64,000 nucleotides of DNA from Kondoa subrosea (taxonomy: Eukaryota), in contig BCIN01000006.1 of the NCBI GenBank assembly GCA_039545335.1, positions 992,001-1,056,000 of the forward strand. Direction: 5' to 3'. The notes below the pieces were generated by a model that was not told the DNA's origin, made no database searches, and was given only the letters and a program-made list of their open reading frames with translations. This document shows positions 1-11,637 of this stretch, piece after piece. Within the stretch, counting starts at the first letter, position 1, and every line of letters begins with the position of its first letter. The translations under genes were made by a program, and so were the position numbers.

Positions 1-1171
1 CATGCTTGACGACTCCCTTGACGCCCAAGTCCTTCAAGTCAATCGCAAAGACTTGTCCACCTAAATCACCTGCTAATTGTTCGCCAGGTTGGAGTGCTTC
101 CGTGGCAGTCGTAATGTATAACGTTGTCAAATCTTTTCCGCCAAAGACTGGACAAGTACTAGAAAGGAATAAACTATCAGGTGAACGCAGATGATCGAAT
201 GAGTGTTTTGACGCACGGGCATCGTGCTGGTAATTGGATAGTCAAATCATTGACACCTTCAGGTGTGAAGCGCTCAATTATCGAGCGAGAGAAAGAAGCT
301 TGATAGACATTGCCATCGGTACTATCTTGTCATGAGGTACGGTAGAGGAGGTTAATCAAAGCACTTACTCAGTCGTAGCTCCATCCGGATTTCCTTCACC
401 CAGAAGAGAACCAAGTACACCTGGAGGGGATCGTTTCGAATTATCGAAAAAGACCCTTCTATTGCTCAGCGTCGCCGTCTCAACATCATAGTCATAGACA
501 TCTGTCAAGTGATTCAATGCACGGTCACGGATCAAGGTCGAAAAGCCAGACTCACATCCAATCATCGCTTCAGTATGGTTGAAATACATTCTTTTCCCAT
601 CCGGAGAGAAAGTTGGACCATTCCCAATACTGAATTCCTCCCCTTCGATTTGTCTATGTCCTTTCCCATCTTCATAGACAAACAATCTTGCATCCTTTTT
701 CCCATCTTTACTCATTGTCTGAAACCAAAACCTTCCTTTCGAATCACAAGTAGCATCATTCATCCTCATCTTCTCATTATCTAAAACAGTAAACAGTTCT
801 TCTACTTGGCCATTTTCTTCCGATAGATACCCCACTCCTTGATGTGTTGAAACAATATAACTTCCTGGTTTATTTCGTCGGAAAGCGAGTGAGGTGACAT
901 AGCGAGAACCTTTGATTGATATTTCACGACGAGAGACGAAAGATCCATCAGAACCAAGTTGCACGATGTATAGTATTGAGACAGGTGAGGCTTCTATATC
1001 CAAATAATGAAGCGTATTATCGCTAGGTCCTAGATAAAAGTTGATCAGACGGTCATGAAGAGAAGAGAAGAGGATAGAGAGAGATTTACGGTAGAGAATC
1101 CCTTCACCTAGAACCATCCGAGGTTCATGTTTCGAGAAAGCCTCAGTAACTTTGAGGATTTGAGGAGCCAT
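1..1171 (-). CDS. SMP-30/gluconolactonase/LRE family (regucalcin-like) beta-propeller protein; 3' end runs off the window
   Basis: Motifs LGEG, RMNDATCDSKGRFW, IGNGPTFSPDGKRMYF, GNPDG; later exon VFGGKDLTTLYITTA near 100-160; ATG (MAPQILKV) at 1171; several introns. Confidence 0.85.
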
Positions 1172-1422
1172 TCTGCGATAGCGCGCAGTGAAGAGGACAG
1201 AAGAATAAGAATGGGAGAAACGAAGCGAAGGAAACAAGGATAGTCTCAATGTGCGTCGGACTCTGAGCGGATTCAGCACTGGAGAAGAAATAGGGGAATA
1301 CAGCACGGCAGACGCTGTATATTGCAAGAGAGTCAGTGAAGTCTGCATATCGCTCAGGCAGGAATGACCTGCCTTGCTTTGCTTATGACGCTTGTTGTCA
1401 GTTGACCTTGTTCAACCAAGAT

Positions 1423-2683
1423 ATGAGCGAAGAAGCGGATGTCACGCTTGCTGCCTTGCTCCGAAAGTCTATAGACGCGGCCACAACTATTCTGGATACC
1501 TCAAACTACGAGCAACCTCAGTTACAGCAAGTATTGGCTCATTTCACACTTTGCGCTTCTTTGGTCTCGCATTTGGCTATCATCTCCCCTAATGAAACGT
1601 TGGATGATTTGGCAACAAGCACGCTGTATTGCTTGCTTATACCTTATTTTCAAGCAGCCTTGACATTGCAAGTTCGGTCAACGGGGACTGTCGAACGGAT
1701 GGCTTTGTTGAAGCAAGCCAAGGTTGGTCTATTCTGCTATACAGATTTCTTCCTGGAGCTCATCTTCTTTCACATTTTGCTAGACATTCTATGATGTATA
1801 CATCGAATCGCTAAGAAAGCATGAAGTTCTTCGCGATCAACCTGCACTTCCTTCTATCCCCACAGATCCAGCTTCGAGACGAGCAAGTAAGATAGCGGCT
1901 TTCCGACGAGAGAAAGAACTACAAGCCGCTGTTCAATCTTATTCAACAAAACGATCATCAGTATCTGTCAATGCAGGGGAAGAAGGAGAAGATGATGATA
2001 TTTTACGACCACTCTTACTCACTCAAATAGCTCTTTATCACTTACGAGCCTTAAACGACTTATCCTCCATCTCTACTGAATTAGAACTCTTACAACTGTC
2101 CATCCCAATGTCTGATTTACCTCACAATTCAATATCAGAAGAAGAAAAAGATACAGATCAAACTTGGCGTTTAGATAAACCTTTATCGAAATCTTGGTTC
2201 GATACTTCTGCTGGACCAGTTTTAGATCCGAAAGGCAAAATTCTTAGACCGTTTACTATTCTACCTAGCAAGATGCATACGAGGTTAGCGATGCAGGAAA
2301 GTGTTTTCCAGGATAGGAGGAATTTACCTACTATGTCTATTGATGAATTCTTGGATCAAGGTTTGTCTTCTCGCTCCTACATGCTTTAAATTTAAGCTTG
2401 AGATGTGCTGATGGTCAAACAGAAATGGAACAAGGCAATTTCTTGCAAGGAGGAGAAGCGGATGCGCAAAGGCAAGATGAAGAAAGCGCCCGCAAGAAAG
2501 AGCTGGTCGAATTGGATACGAATGAAGCGTATGAAGAAGGAGAAAGACGACTGAAAGAAGCAAGAGATTGGGATCAGTACAAAGATGAACACAGAAAGGG
2601 AGAAGGGAATATGAGTGCGTAACAAACAACTCGATTGTAATCGCTTTTTCTGATACCTTTGCGCTACAGTCGGGCGTGGATGA
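1423..2683 (+). CDS. TAP42: TAP42/alpha4 (IGBP1) PP2A regulatory subunit
   Basis: IISPNETLDDLATSTLYCLLIPY, DPASRRASKIAAFRREKE, GKILRPFTILP, NLPTMSIDEFLD, ARDWDQYKDEHRKGEGN; a final intron gives GNMIGRG-stop at 2681-2683. Confidence 0.9.
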
Positions 2684-2996
2684 CGAGTCAGCGACGGCTG
2701 CAATGAAATACTAAGTCGCATATTGTCTATCCAGCATCCCTTCTGGTCTTTGATTTGAATCATCTTCCATCAGTCAATATTGCAAGCTTTCTTCTTCTTT
2801 ACTTGTTGCAAAATTGAAAAAGGCGACACCTTACCAAGCTGTACAGTACGATGGCTATGCCTTTCGTACTTTATCACTTGCGGTGTTGTTACTGAAGGCA
2901 GTTCTGAACTGTCTGGGCGATGCATTTGCTGAATACGAGTTTCATTTTCCCTTTTCTGACTTTCTTTCATTCTACTTTACTTTTACTTTCAACGTC

Positions 2997-4378
2997 ATGT
3001 TAACAATTCAATCAATTGAAGTTCTCTTCCTTGGTACAGGAAGTTCTGAAACTGTTCCTTTCTTGCAATGTACTTCCGATCTTTCGAACAGTTGCGAATG
3101 TTGCAAATCAGCTCTCCAACCTGGCGGTGACAGAAATATTCGAGCTCATACTTCAGCGGTTATCAAGATCACATTGGCCGACGGCTCGAAAAGAGGTATT
3201 CTGATCGATTGCGGACCAAGTATTCCGGCAAAGATGGCTATCGAACTCGCGAAACATGACATCTATATTGACGCTATCCTCATCACGCACGACCACGGCA
3301 AGTTTCTTCGTGATACGATCTCATTGCTTCGCTAATTGAGAGTGTTATAGTGGATGCTATAGGCGGACTAGGCAATTTGACACAGCTATCGCCCGCTCCT
3401 GGCTCTGAGTCGACAGCTTTCATCCCGATCTACTCTTCTGCCAATACTTTGAAAACGATTACCGAGCGTTTCCCCTGGGTCTTCAAGGAGAACCTTTCGC
3501 AAAGTGAGCTATTCTGCTTACGGAGAGTCGGTAGAATAAGAATCTTCTCCAGCTGCAAAGCCGCCCTTTCTTCAACTCAAGAAACTTGAAGTGGGAATTG
3601 CTAACGATATCTTTGGCATCCCCGTTGTGCCTCTGCCCGGTACATTACTCTCCATAGCCATAAGATAGCGCGCTGATAGCACCTTACAGTGCACCATGGC
3701 ATGCTCAACAAGGAAGATCCGTACATGTCTCTCGGTTTTGCCATTGGTCAAGAAGTCCTCTGCATTTTCGATTGCAATTTGATACCCAAGACGACTTGGT
3801 CTCTTATAGACAAGATCTTTTCAGCCAAACCGCCATCAGTATTTGTTATCGAAGTGATCAGATTGCAACCTGCTCCAGCTCACTATGGATTCGCTCAAGC
3901 TATCTCTGCGGCCTCCCGTGTCAAAGCTCAGCGTACTTACTTTGCTCAACTATGTCATGGTCAATCAGCTGGACAGTGGGATTTGTGTTGCGAAGCCGTC
4001 GAAAGAGGTCAAGAGCCACAGCATCTTAGATTAGGAAAAGACGCAATACCAGCTGCAGTTACTTTCGATGACCAGGCATGGAAATTTGCGCAGACAAAAT
4101 CCTACTGGAATCATGCTCAATTCCGATACATGAATCTGCCAAAGGTTCTGGGAATGGACGAGAGTAGAGATGAAGTGGTCATTGAATTGGCTCTTCAAGA
4201 GGTACAAGAATGGATCGGAAGCATCCCGCAAATTTGGGCAAGAGCCGCCTTTGATGGGCTTGTTTGTAAAGTCGATTGCCTAAAGAGAGTGGTCACAGAT
4301 TCTGGGTATATTCAAGAAAACAGGGCAACGCTAGTAGACTTGAAGCAGCCAGGCATAGCAGGGATTCGACTAAAATAG
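2997..4378 (+). CDS. Metallo-beta-lactamase fold hydrolase, PhnP-like
   Basis: VLFLGTGSS, ILIDCG, LITHDH|VDAIGGL (joined across a GC-AG intron 3298-3350), VHHG, AHYG, LCH, AAFDGL motifs. Confidence 0.8.
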
Positions 4379-4452
4379 AGTAGATTCCATTCAAAGCATT
4401 GCACCACCACACGCGGTAAATACCGCAGACCCTTTTGACACAGTCAAACGTT

Positions 4453-7400
4453 CTACTGCTTGACAGGTGGAATCGAGCAGGGCTCGACGTTCCAAATGCT
4501 CTCCGCATAGTCTCGAATCGAACGATCTGAGGAGAACTTGCCCATTCGAGCGGTATCTGTGAAATGTAAGCAACGAATTGAGCTTGAAAGCAAGAACAGC
4601 TTACTGAGAATACACTTCTGTACCCAGGCAGGTTTGTTTGAGAAGGCGGCATCAACTCTGCACATGACACATGAGCTCCAAAATTATAAGTGGTCAAAGT
4701 GATCCTTACCGAGTCTGAGCTTCCAGATAAGGCACAAAGTCATCTTAAACGCAGGATCAGCAACAATTGATACAGAAGCAACCGCAATGGAAGTTTTGCC
4801 CACCTTGAACGCAGTAATGATCAGCAGTCGGCTTGATTGTGTCCAAAAGAGGTCTATGATTGCGTTAGCTCGGTCTTCTCGCACGTCACATAATGACATA
4901 CTCGAATATCTTTGGATCGCCGAAAGTTCCTTTGCGAATCTCATCGTAAACGTCTTGCAATTCCGGATCAAGAGCCCTTGGTCGATAAGAATGGTTGTGA
5001 CGCAAGTCCTGCACTCAAGGTTAGCCCTGTATTCATGTTTTATGAAATCGCCCACATCAATTTCATCGGTCAAGGCTCCGAAGAAGAAAACATTCTCTTC
5101 CCCAACCTCTTCTGCAATCTCGATGTTGGCTCCATCGACTGTACCAATGATGGGTGCTCCGTTTAGACTGAACTTCATGTTTGATGTACCACTAGCTTCA
5201 GTTCCAGCAGTCGAGATGTGCTCCGAGATGTCGGCAGCCTGAATGCGTGTGAGCTGTCAGCGAGGGGCTGTCTAAAGCAGTTGAGGGTCAAACTTACGGG
5301 AATTAGCATCTCTGCATGTGGGTTATCAGTTCAAGGCTGCATACAAGGGACGGCTCTCCTCGTACCTGCAAGCGAAACTGAATAATCAGGTAAAAACACG
5401 ACTTGGAACAAATCTTTGGGAATATCGCTGTGGACATCCAATATAAGCAATGGAAACAACATGACGAAGCGACCTCACGGATCAACATCAATGGTCTTTC
5501 CGACGCAGTTGATGAGGCGAATGATCAATTTGGCCATGTAGTACTGCAAGAAGACGATCTAAGCGAACATGACACGATAATATGAGATCGACTTACTCCC
5601 GGTGCAGCTTTTCCTCCGAAGATAGATACACGAGGAACGACCTTCTTTCTCTCGGCAGGACTCATCTTCTTCAATGCAGTATACCTCTATTGCAGAATAT
5701 CAGCTTACTTCAGCTGCCACTCGACAAAGGACGAACATAAATGGCGCCGAAGATGTTGAGCGTCTGTCTCTTGTACTCGTGAATACGTTTGACCTGGATA
5801 TCGAACAAGGCGGTCTTGTTGATTTGTCTGCCCTGCTGATCTTTGATGTATTGCGCTAGGCGATCTTTGTTGGCTACTTTTACACTATTGCCGGATGTCA
5901 GATGTCAGAGCGTGTGAGCGTGTATAAGGCTCTCGTGAAGACATACTCGTAGTATGCCTTCTGAAAAGCTGTGTCATTGGCAAACTTCTCGAGATTCTTC
6001 AGCTGACTACCATCTTCAACCCATTTGTCACCAATCTTGGAGGTGATAAGGCTTGCAAGACCAGGATTGCATTGCAGTAACCACCTTCGGAAGGTGATAC
6101 CATTAGTCACATTTGTGAAGCGGTCTTTGCCATAGAAATCGACACTGTAAGCAGACAAGCAGTATGTCAGCAAACAAACAACTTGCGGATCCAGCGGTGC
6201 GTACAAGTCGCTGAACATCTTGGCGACCAGTTTACTGTGTAGCTCAGCCACACCATTGACCTTGTGAGTACCAACAATAGCCAAGAAGGCCATGCGAACT
6301 TAGTACAACATGGTCAGACTGACAGTAGCTATCTCGTCTAGCGACAACTAACCTTGTTTAGGGCTCCCCCAGTTCTCTTCAATGATGGACATGCGGCCCA
6401 AGCGGTCTCGATCATTTGGATAAGCTTTCTCAACTGCTTGCAGGTGGAAGAGATTGATATCGTAAATGATTTGCATGATTCGAGGCAGCAGATGTTCCAT
6501 CAAAGGTACTTGCCATCTGAATCACAGTCTGAGCTCTCGTCTGGAGAGTCGGAGGAGAACTTACTTTTCAAGAGCTTCAGGCAAGACTGTGTGATTCGTG
6601 TATCCGAAAGTGTTGGTAACGATCGTCCAGGCTTCGTCCCAAGGCACGTTCTCTTCATCAATTAGAACACGCATGAGTTCAACAATTGCCAGAGTAGGAT
6701 GAGTGTCGTCTGCCAAAGCGTCAGCTTTACAAGACAATCTTTCGGACACATGACTTACTGAGCTGAATGGCGTTATGTTCAGGGAAGGCTGAGAAGGGCA
6801 GGTTGAGCTTCTTGAAACGACGGATAATGTCGTTCAACGATGCTGCACACCAGAAGTACTGCGATATACATATGAGCATGTGTCTTGCAATAAGATAAAG
6901 AGCCTTACCTGTTGCTTCAATCTGAGTTCTTTTCCGCTGCAAGATCAACCATGTCAGGCCTTGAGATGCACTGTGAAGTTCAAGAAACCTACGCATAGGT
7001 GTTTTCGTTCGGATACAGGACTCGAGTAATCAATTCAGCGTCGTTGCCTTCTCTGACAGCTTTGTCGTAATCTCCAGCATTGAAAGAGTCCAAATCGAAG
7101 CTGCGTTTGGGTTTGGCTGACCACAATCTTAAGTTATTGACTGTATCGGTGTTCCAGCCAGGAATGGGCACATCATAAGGAACAGCTAGAACAGTTTGTC
7201 CTCCTGATAATTTGCCTGTTCCTTTTCCAACAGAAGTGCGTTCAGCGTGACCGTAGAATCTGACTTCGACGGCACTGTCCAATCGAGGGACTTCCCAAGG
7301 GTTGGAGTGATCGAGCCAAGGATCAGGCAATTCAATCTGTTCGCCAGTTGTCTTGTTGAGCGCTTGCTGGAAAATACCATATTGATATCGCAATCCGTAA

Positions 7401-8089
7401 CCCCACATTGGCAATTCTGTACAATACGAATGAGCGAGGTGCTGTTGAAAAGGCTCATGACATACGCTCAGTCGTTCCACTATCAAGGTAGCAAGCGGCA
7501 AGACGACCTAAACCACCATTACCAAGACCAGCATCTCTTTCTGAATCAATGAGATCTTCCATGTTGAAACCCAAAGCCTTGATAGATTCGCTGTACTCTT
7601 TCTTGGCGGACAGATTGAGGAGAGCGTTGTCTAATGATTTACCCATCAAAAATTCGAGTGAGAGGTAGTAGACACGTTTAGGGCTCTTTTGACTGTAGTA
7701 GGTTTGGGTTACTACGAATTATGATGAGCGATGAAACGAATTGGCTGGTATGTTTCTGGGCTTACCGTTCCATTTGCGAATGAGTTCATCGCGAACAGTC
7801 AAGGCTGTAGCTTGGTAAACCGACAGATCGTCTGCGTTGAAAGCAGCGCGAGCCAAAGAAGTAGTCAAGTGATCGACAATGTTTCCTTCAATATCTTTGA
7901 GCTCGTGAGTGTGCTTGTTACGAGCCATTGCAGCTTTCCAGGCTTCAGGATCAGCCTCAGGCGGCTGTCAATCAAGGCAGTTAGATGTCAGCTACCCCAA
8001 CTTGCTTGCATAGGCAATTAACTTACAAAGATATCATCGAGCTGCTTTCCAGTATTATCAAGATAACCAGTAGGGCTTCTTTTATGCAT
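4453..8089 (-). CDS. GPH1: Glycogen phosphorylase (GT35)
   Basis: [73 protein letters not shown]-lysine motif [26 protein letters not shown]-terminal MHKRSPTG (start uncertain); many introns. Confidence 0.95.
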
Positions 8090-9802
8090 GCGAGGACGTC
8101 TTCACATCGAGTCATGGCTCAGTTCCTCGAAGTTTAAATCGCGATCTCATGCAGCTCAAACTAACCTTTGCAACGCCTGTGCAGCTTCAATCGGTGATAC
8201 CAAAGTCACATCGTGTGCTAGAGGGGTCTGGGCAGTCATATTTGCTTTGTTCAGACGCGTGATTCGAAGTTGCTCTGAAATAGGTAAAGTTAGCTAGAGC
8301 TTATGCAAATGCTTGACTTAGACCGCAGTCACGTACAGAGCTGGTAGAGATCACTAATGCAAGGCAGCGAGCTCCTCTGTCAGTATTGACACGTTCAACG
8401 TGGTGTAAGACCAACAACGCGCGGTGGTGCGGAGTTACTTGTTGGGTCTCCTCATGGGGTCATAATTTATTCGCCAGCAACAGGGACAGTAGAAGCATAG
8501 CATAGTGTATGATATATTGTACGAGAAACTACCCTCTCTTCGGCGCGCAGAAGGAGTCGCTTTGGTGTGCAAAGTACCCTTCTCGCTCCCAATCCAACCC
8601 AGATATGGTGTGGAAGGGTGAACTTGCATAGAGTCCTTTTTAAGATGCAGTCATGATCATCTTACCGCAACAAAACTGGGCTAAAAAGTTCTTGACCAGT
8701 ATCTTCTGAAAAAAAGTTCCTGTCTACCAGATGCCAACTTTCGCGAGCAAGGCTTTCAAGCTTAAGCCGCCATCAGGAAGACCGCAGAGCGAGTAGGATA
8801 GCCGTCTGTCTGACATGTGCACACCACAGCGACATCTGATCGGATCGGCATTGATGAGCTTCATCTCTCGATCCCGAATAAGGTCGGGTCTGAATCTGTG
8901 CAATTTGTCATTTACAGAGGAGGTACGAGAGTGAAGAACAATCTGTAATAGACATCGAATGCTGAGGCAGCAATAAGGGAAACAATCGAACGCGATGAAT
9001 GTGTAAGACAGCGCAAGACACAGCGCTTGCGACAAGAAGATGAAGAGGCAAAGCAGGGACCAAGCTCCAACCAAGCTCCTTTGAGGTCCCTCAAAAGCGT
9101 CGTAGGGTTGTTGTGAGATGGCCAAAACGAAGCAGTGTCTTGGAGTTCTGCTACAACGATCTGAGCAGACCTTGCAGCCAGAGACGAATTATATGAGTCC
9201 TAATACCTCATAGTATGAAAGCAACGATGGCTCCCTTTGCTGATACACTTGAACACACGACAATCAAAAAGTAGAGGCAAAACGATTTGATCATCATTTC
9301 TTCCCGATTCGAGGTGCACTGATTTTCGGTCAGACAGACACTCGAGGTTGAATGTAGGCTAGCACTCGAACACTTTCCAAACCAGTTAACCGGAACTAAG
9401 TCGCAGCTGGAAAGGCTCAGAGATACAGCTTCAAGGAAGAAGGTGATGAGAAAGCAAGAAGGGTAAGAGTGGGAGTGCCCAGGTTGCTTCACTTCCCGCC
9501 ATATGCGAGGTGCAGACCCATTCAAACGCGCCCACACTGAATAGTCAACTGGCACGTAGCCAAATCTTCATGTGGACGCAATCGAGTCTGTCCAGTTCGA
9601 TATTATCCCAAGCAAACCAGCAACTTGAGTTTCCGCAGCTTGATTCCGAAGAAACGATGGCGGTCACTGGCGGTCATAAGTAACCTCGAGTTGATTTTCA
9701 GTCTTGCCTCTTGTCCCCGAACAGCGTCTTGCTACATATCCTGGCTGACATACCCGCTTGTATTGATATCACCTATTCAGCGTGAACATCCCTCTCACAC
9801 CG

Positions 9803-11493
9803 ATGACCGATGTCCATCCTTCCCTCGATGGTCTCACATTAGAATTCTTGCGATCAGAGATAGAGCCATGCAGGGTCAAGACCAAGTTCCGATTTCAGAA
9901 TTGGGCCAGATCGGTCGAATGTCATCCTAAAGCAGTGTATAAGCTGGAAACAGAAGAGCAGATTAGACATTTGATCGAATTGGCCAAGAGGGAAGGAGTG
10001 GAATTGAGAGCTTATGGAGCTGGTCATAGTCCTAGCGATCTGGTCTGCACCGATGGCTACTTGCTTTCCCTTGATCGGATGAACAAAGTTCTGCATGTGA
10101 GCATCTTTATAGGTCAGATTGTGCAAGCATGATCTCATAAGCAATCAGGTCGACAAACAACGGAATCGCATGTCCTTCCAAGCTGGTATCTTCCTCAACG
10201 ACATACATGATGCAGCGAGGAAACAAGGGATGGCAGTCTCGACTTTAGGCTCGATATCAGAACAATCAATTGGAGGAGCTATCTCGACAGCAACGCACGG
10301 TTTAGGCATCAATTACTCCAATTTATCAAGTATGGTCACTGAATTGACTATCATTACTGCTGATACGCAAATTCGAACATGCTCCGCCGAAGAAAACTCA
10401 GATCTCTTCTACGCTTCACTTTGCGGATTGGGCTGCACGGGAATCATCACTCGAGTAACGATGCAACTAGAACCTGATTTCAAGCTGAAAGAAGAGATGT
10501 TCGCCATGAACTTTAATGATTTTGTCAATTCGCTGGAAACTAAAGATGATGAAGGAGAACATGGACTTCTTGGTTCAGCAGAACATGTTCGAGCTCTTTA
10601 TTTCCCGCATAACGACTACGTCAAGATAAGTAGGATGAATCGAACGACAGAGGTTTGTTTGAACTAGCTATTTCGTTTGGATACAGCTGATGGTTTGGAC
10701 TATAGCCCTATACTCCTGCTCCATCTTTATGGGAATCTTGGGTCAATCAATATCTGATAGCCAAACATTTTTTCCAAGTCGGTCTCTTTGTAGCCCGATA
10801 TATCCCTTCTGTTTTAGGAGTACACGAACAAATACTTTGGCATTTCTCTCATAATCCACATCATCAACCTAAACTTCAATCTCCTAGCGAGAAGTTCCGT
10901 TGGAATCGATTAGGCGAACCAGTTTATGCCGTAGCCAAATCAAACGAGATCCTCAATTACGATTGTGGACCTAGACAATATACTTATGAAGGTTGTGTAC
11001 CGATTACAAAACTGGAGAAGACGATCTTGGACTTGCATGCTTGGTTTAAGAGGGAAATGGAGAGTGAGAAAGGCTTGCAGTTCCATTTCCCTGTGGAAAT
11101 TCGACCGGTGAACAGAGATGAGATTTGGTTGAGTCCTGCCTATCAAACGAGGGTCGTCTATATTGGTATTCAGATCTACAAGTATGCTATCTCTTTTATT
11201 ATTTAATAAGGCGCATGGACACTGATTACTATTTCAGACCATGGGGATTCGCTGTACCGCATGACGACCTATTCCGACAATTCGAAGCTATCCTTCACAA
11301 AAATTGCGGTAGACCTCACTGGGCCAAAGCACACAATTATAGTCCGGAAGCGCTCAGCAAAATATATCCTCGATTCCAAGATTTCCTGCGATTGAGAGAA
11401 GAAGTGGATCCAAAACGACTTTTCGTTAACCATTACCTCAGAAGACATCTTTTCGGCGCTGAAGTTGGTTTGAGGCATTTCACGATAGAATAG
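9803..11493 (+). CDS. ALO1: D-arabinono-1,4-lactone / L-gulonolactone oxidase (FAD-binding PCMH + ALO domain)
   Basis: FQNWA, covalent FAD site GAGHSPSD, GSISEQSIGGAISTATHG, GLGCTGII, HFPVEIR, GRPHWAK, VDPKRLFVN. Confidence 0.9.
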
Positions 11494-11637
11494 AGGTGTA
11501 CATTATGGCATTATGACAGTATGTAAAGTATGTAACATCGCAAAGCAATGAGGGCCCGTCAACTTGTTGCCTTGGCGGACCGTCGCGAAATAGGTTACGC
11601 TCGCTTGAGCTTCTCCCTCTTGATCTGCACTGTAGAC

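Noticed and set aside
9100..9112. Minus-strand CAACCCTAC as a possible telomerase RNA template
   Set aside because: Only 7 nt match the TTAGGG complement and no other telomerase element could be identified; expected by chance.
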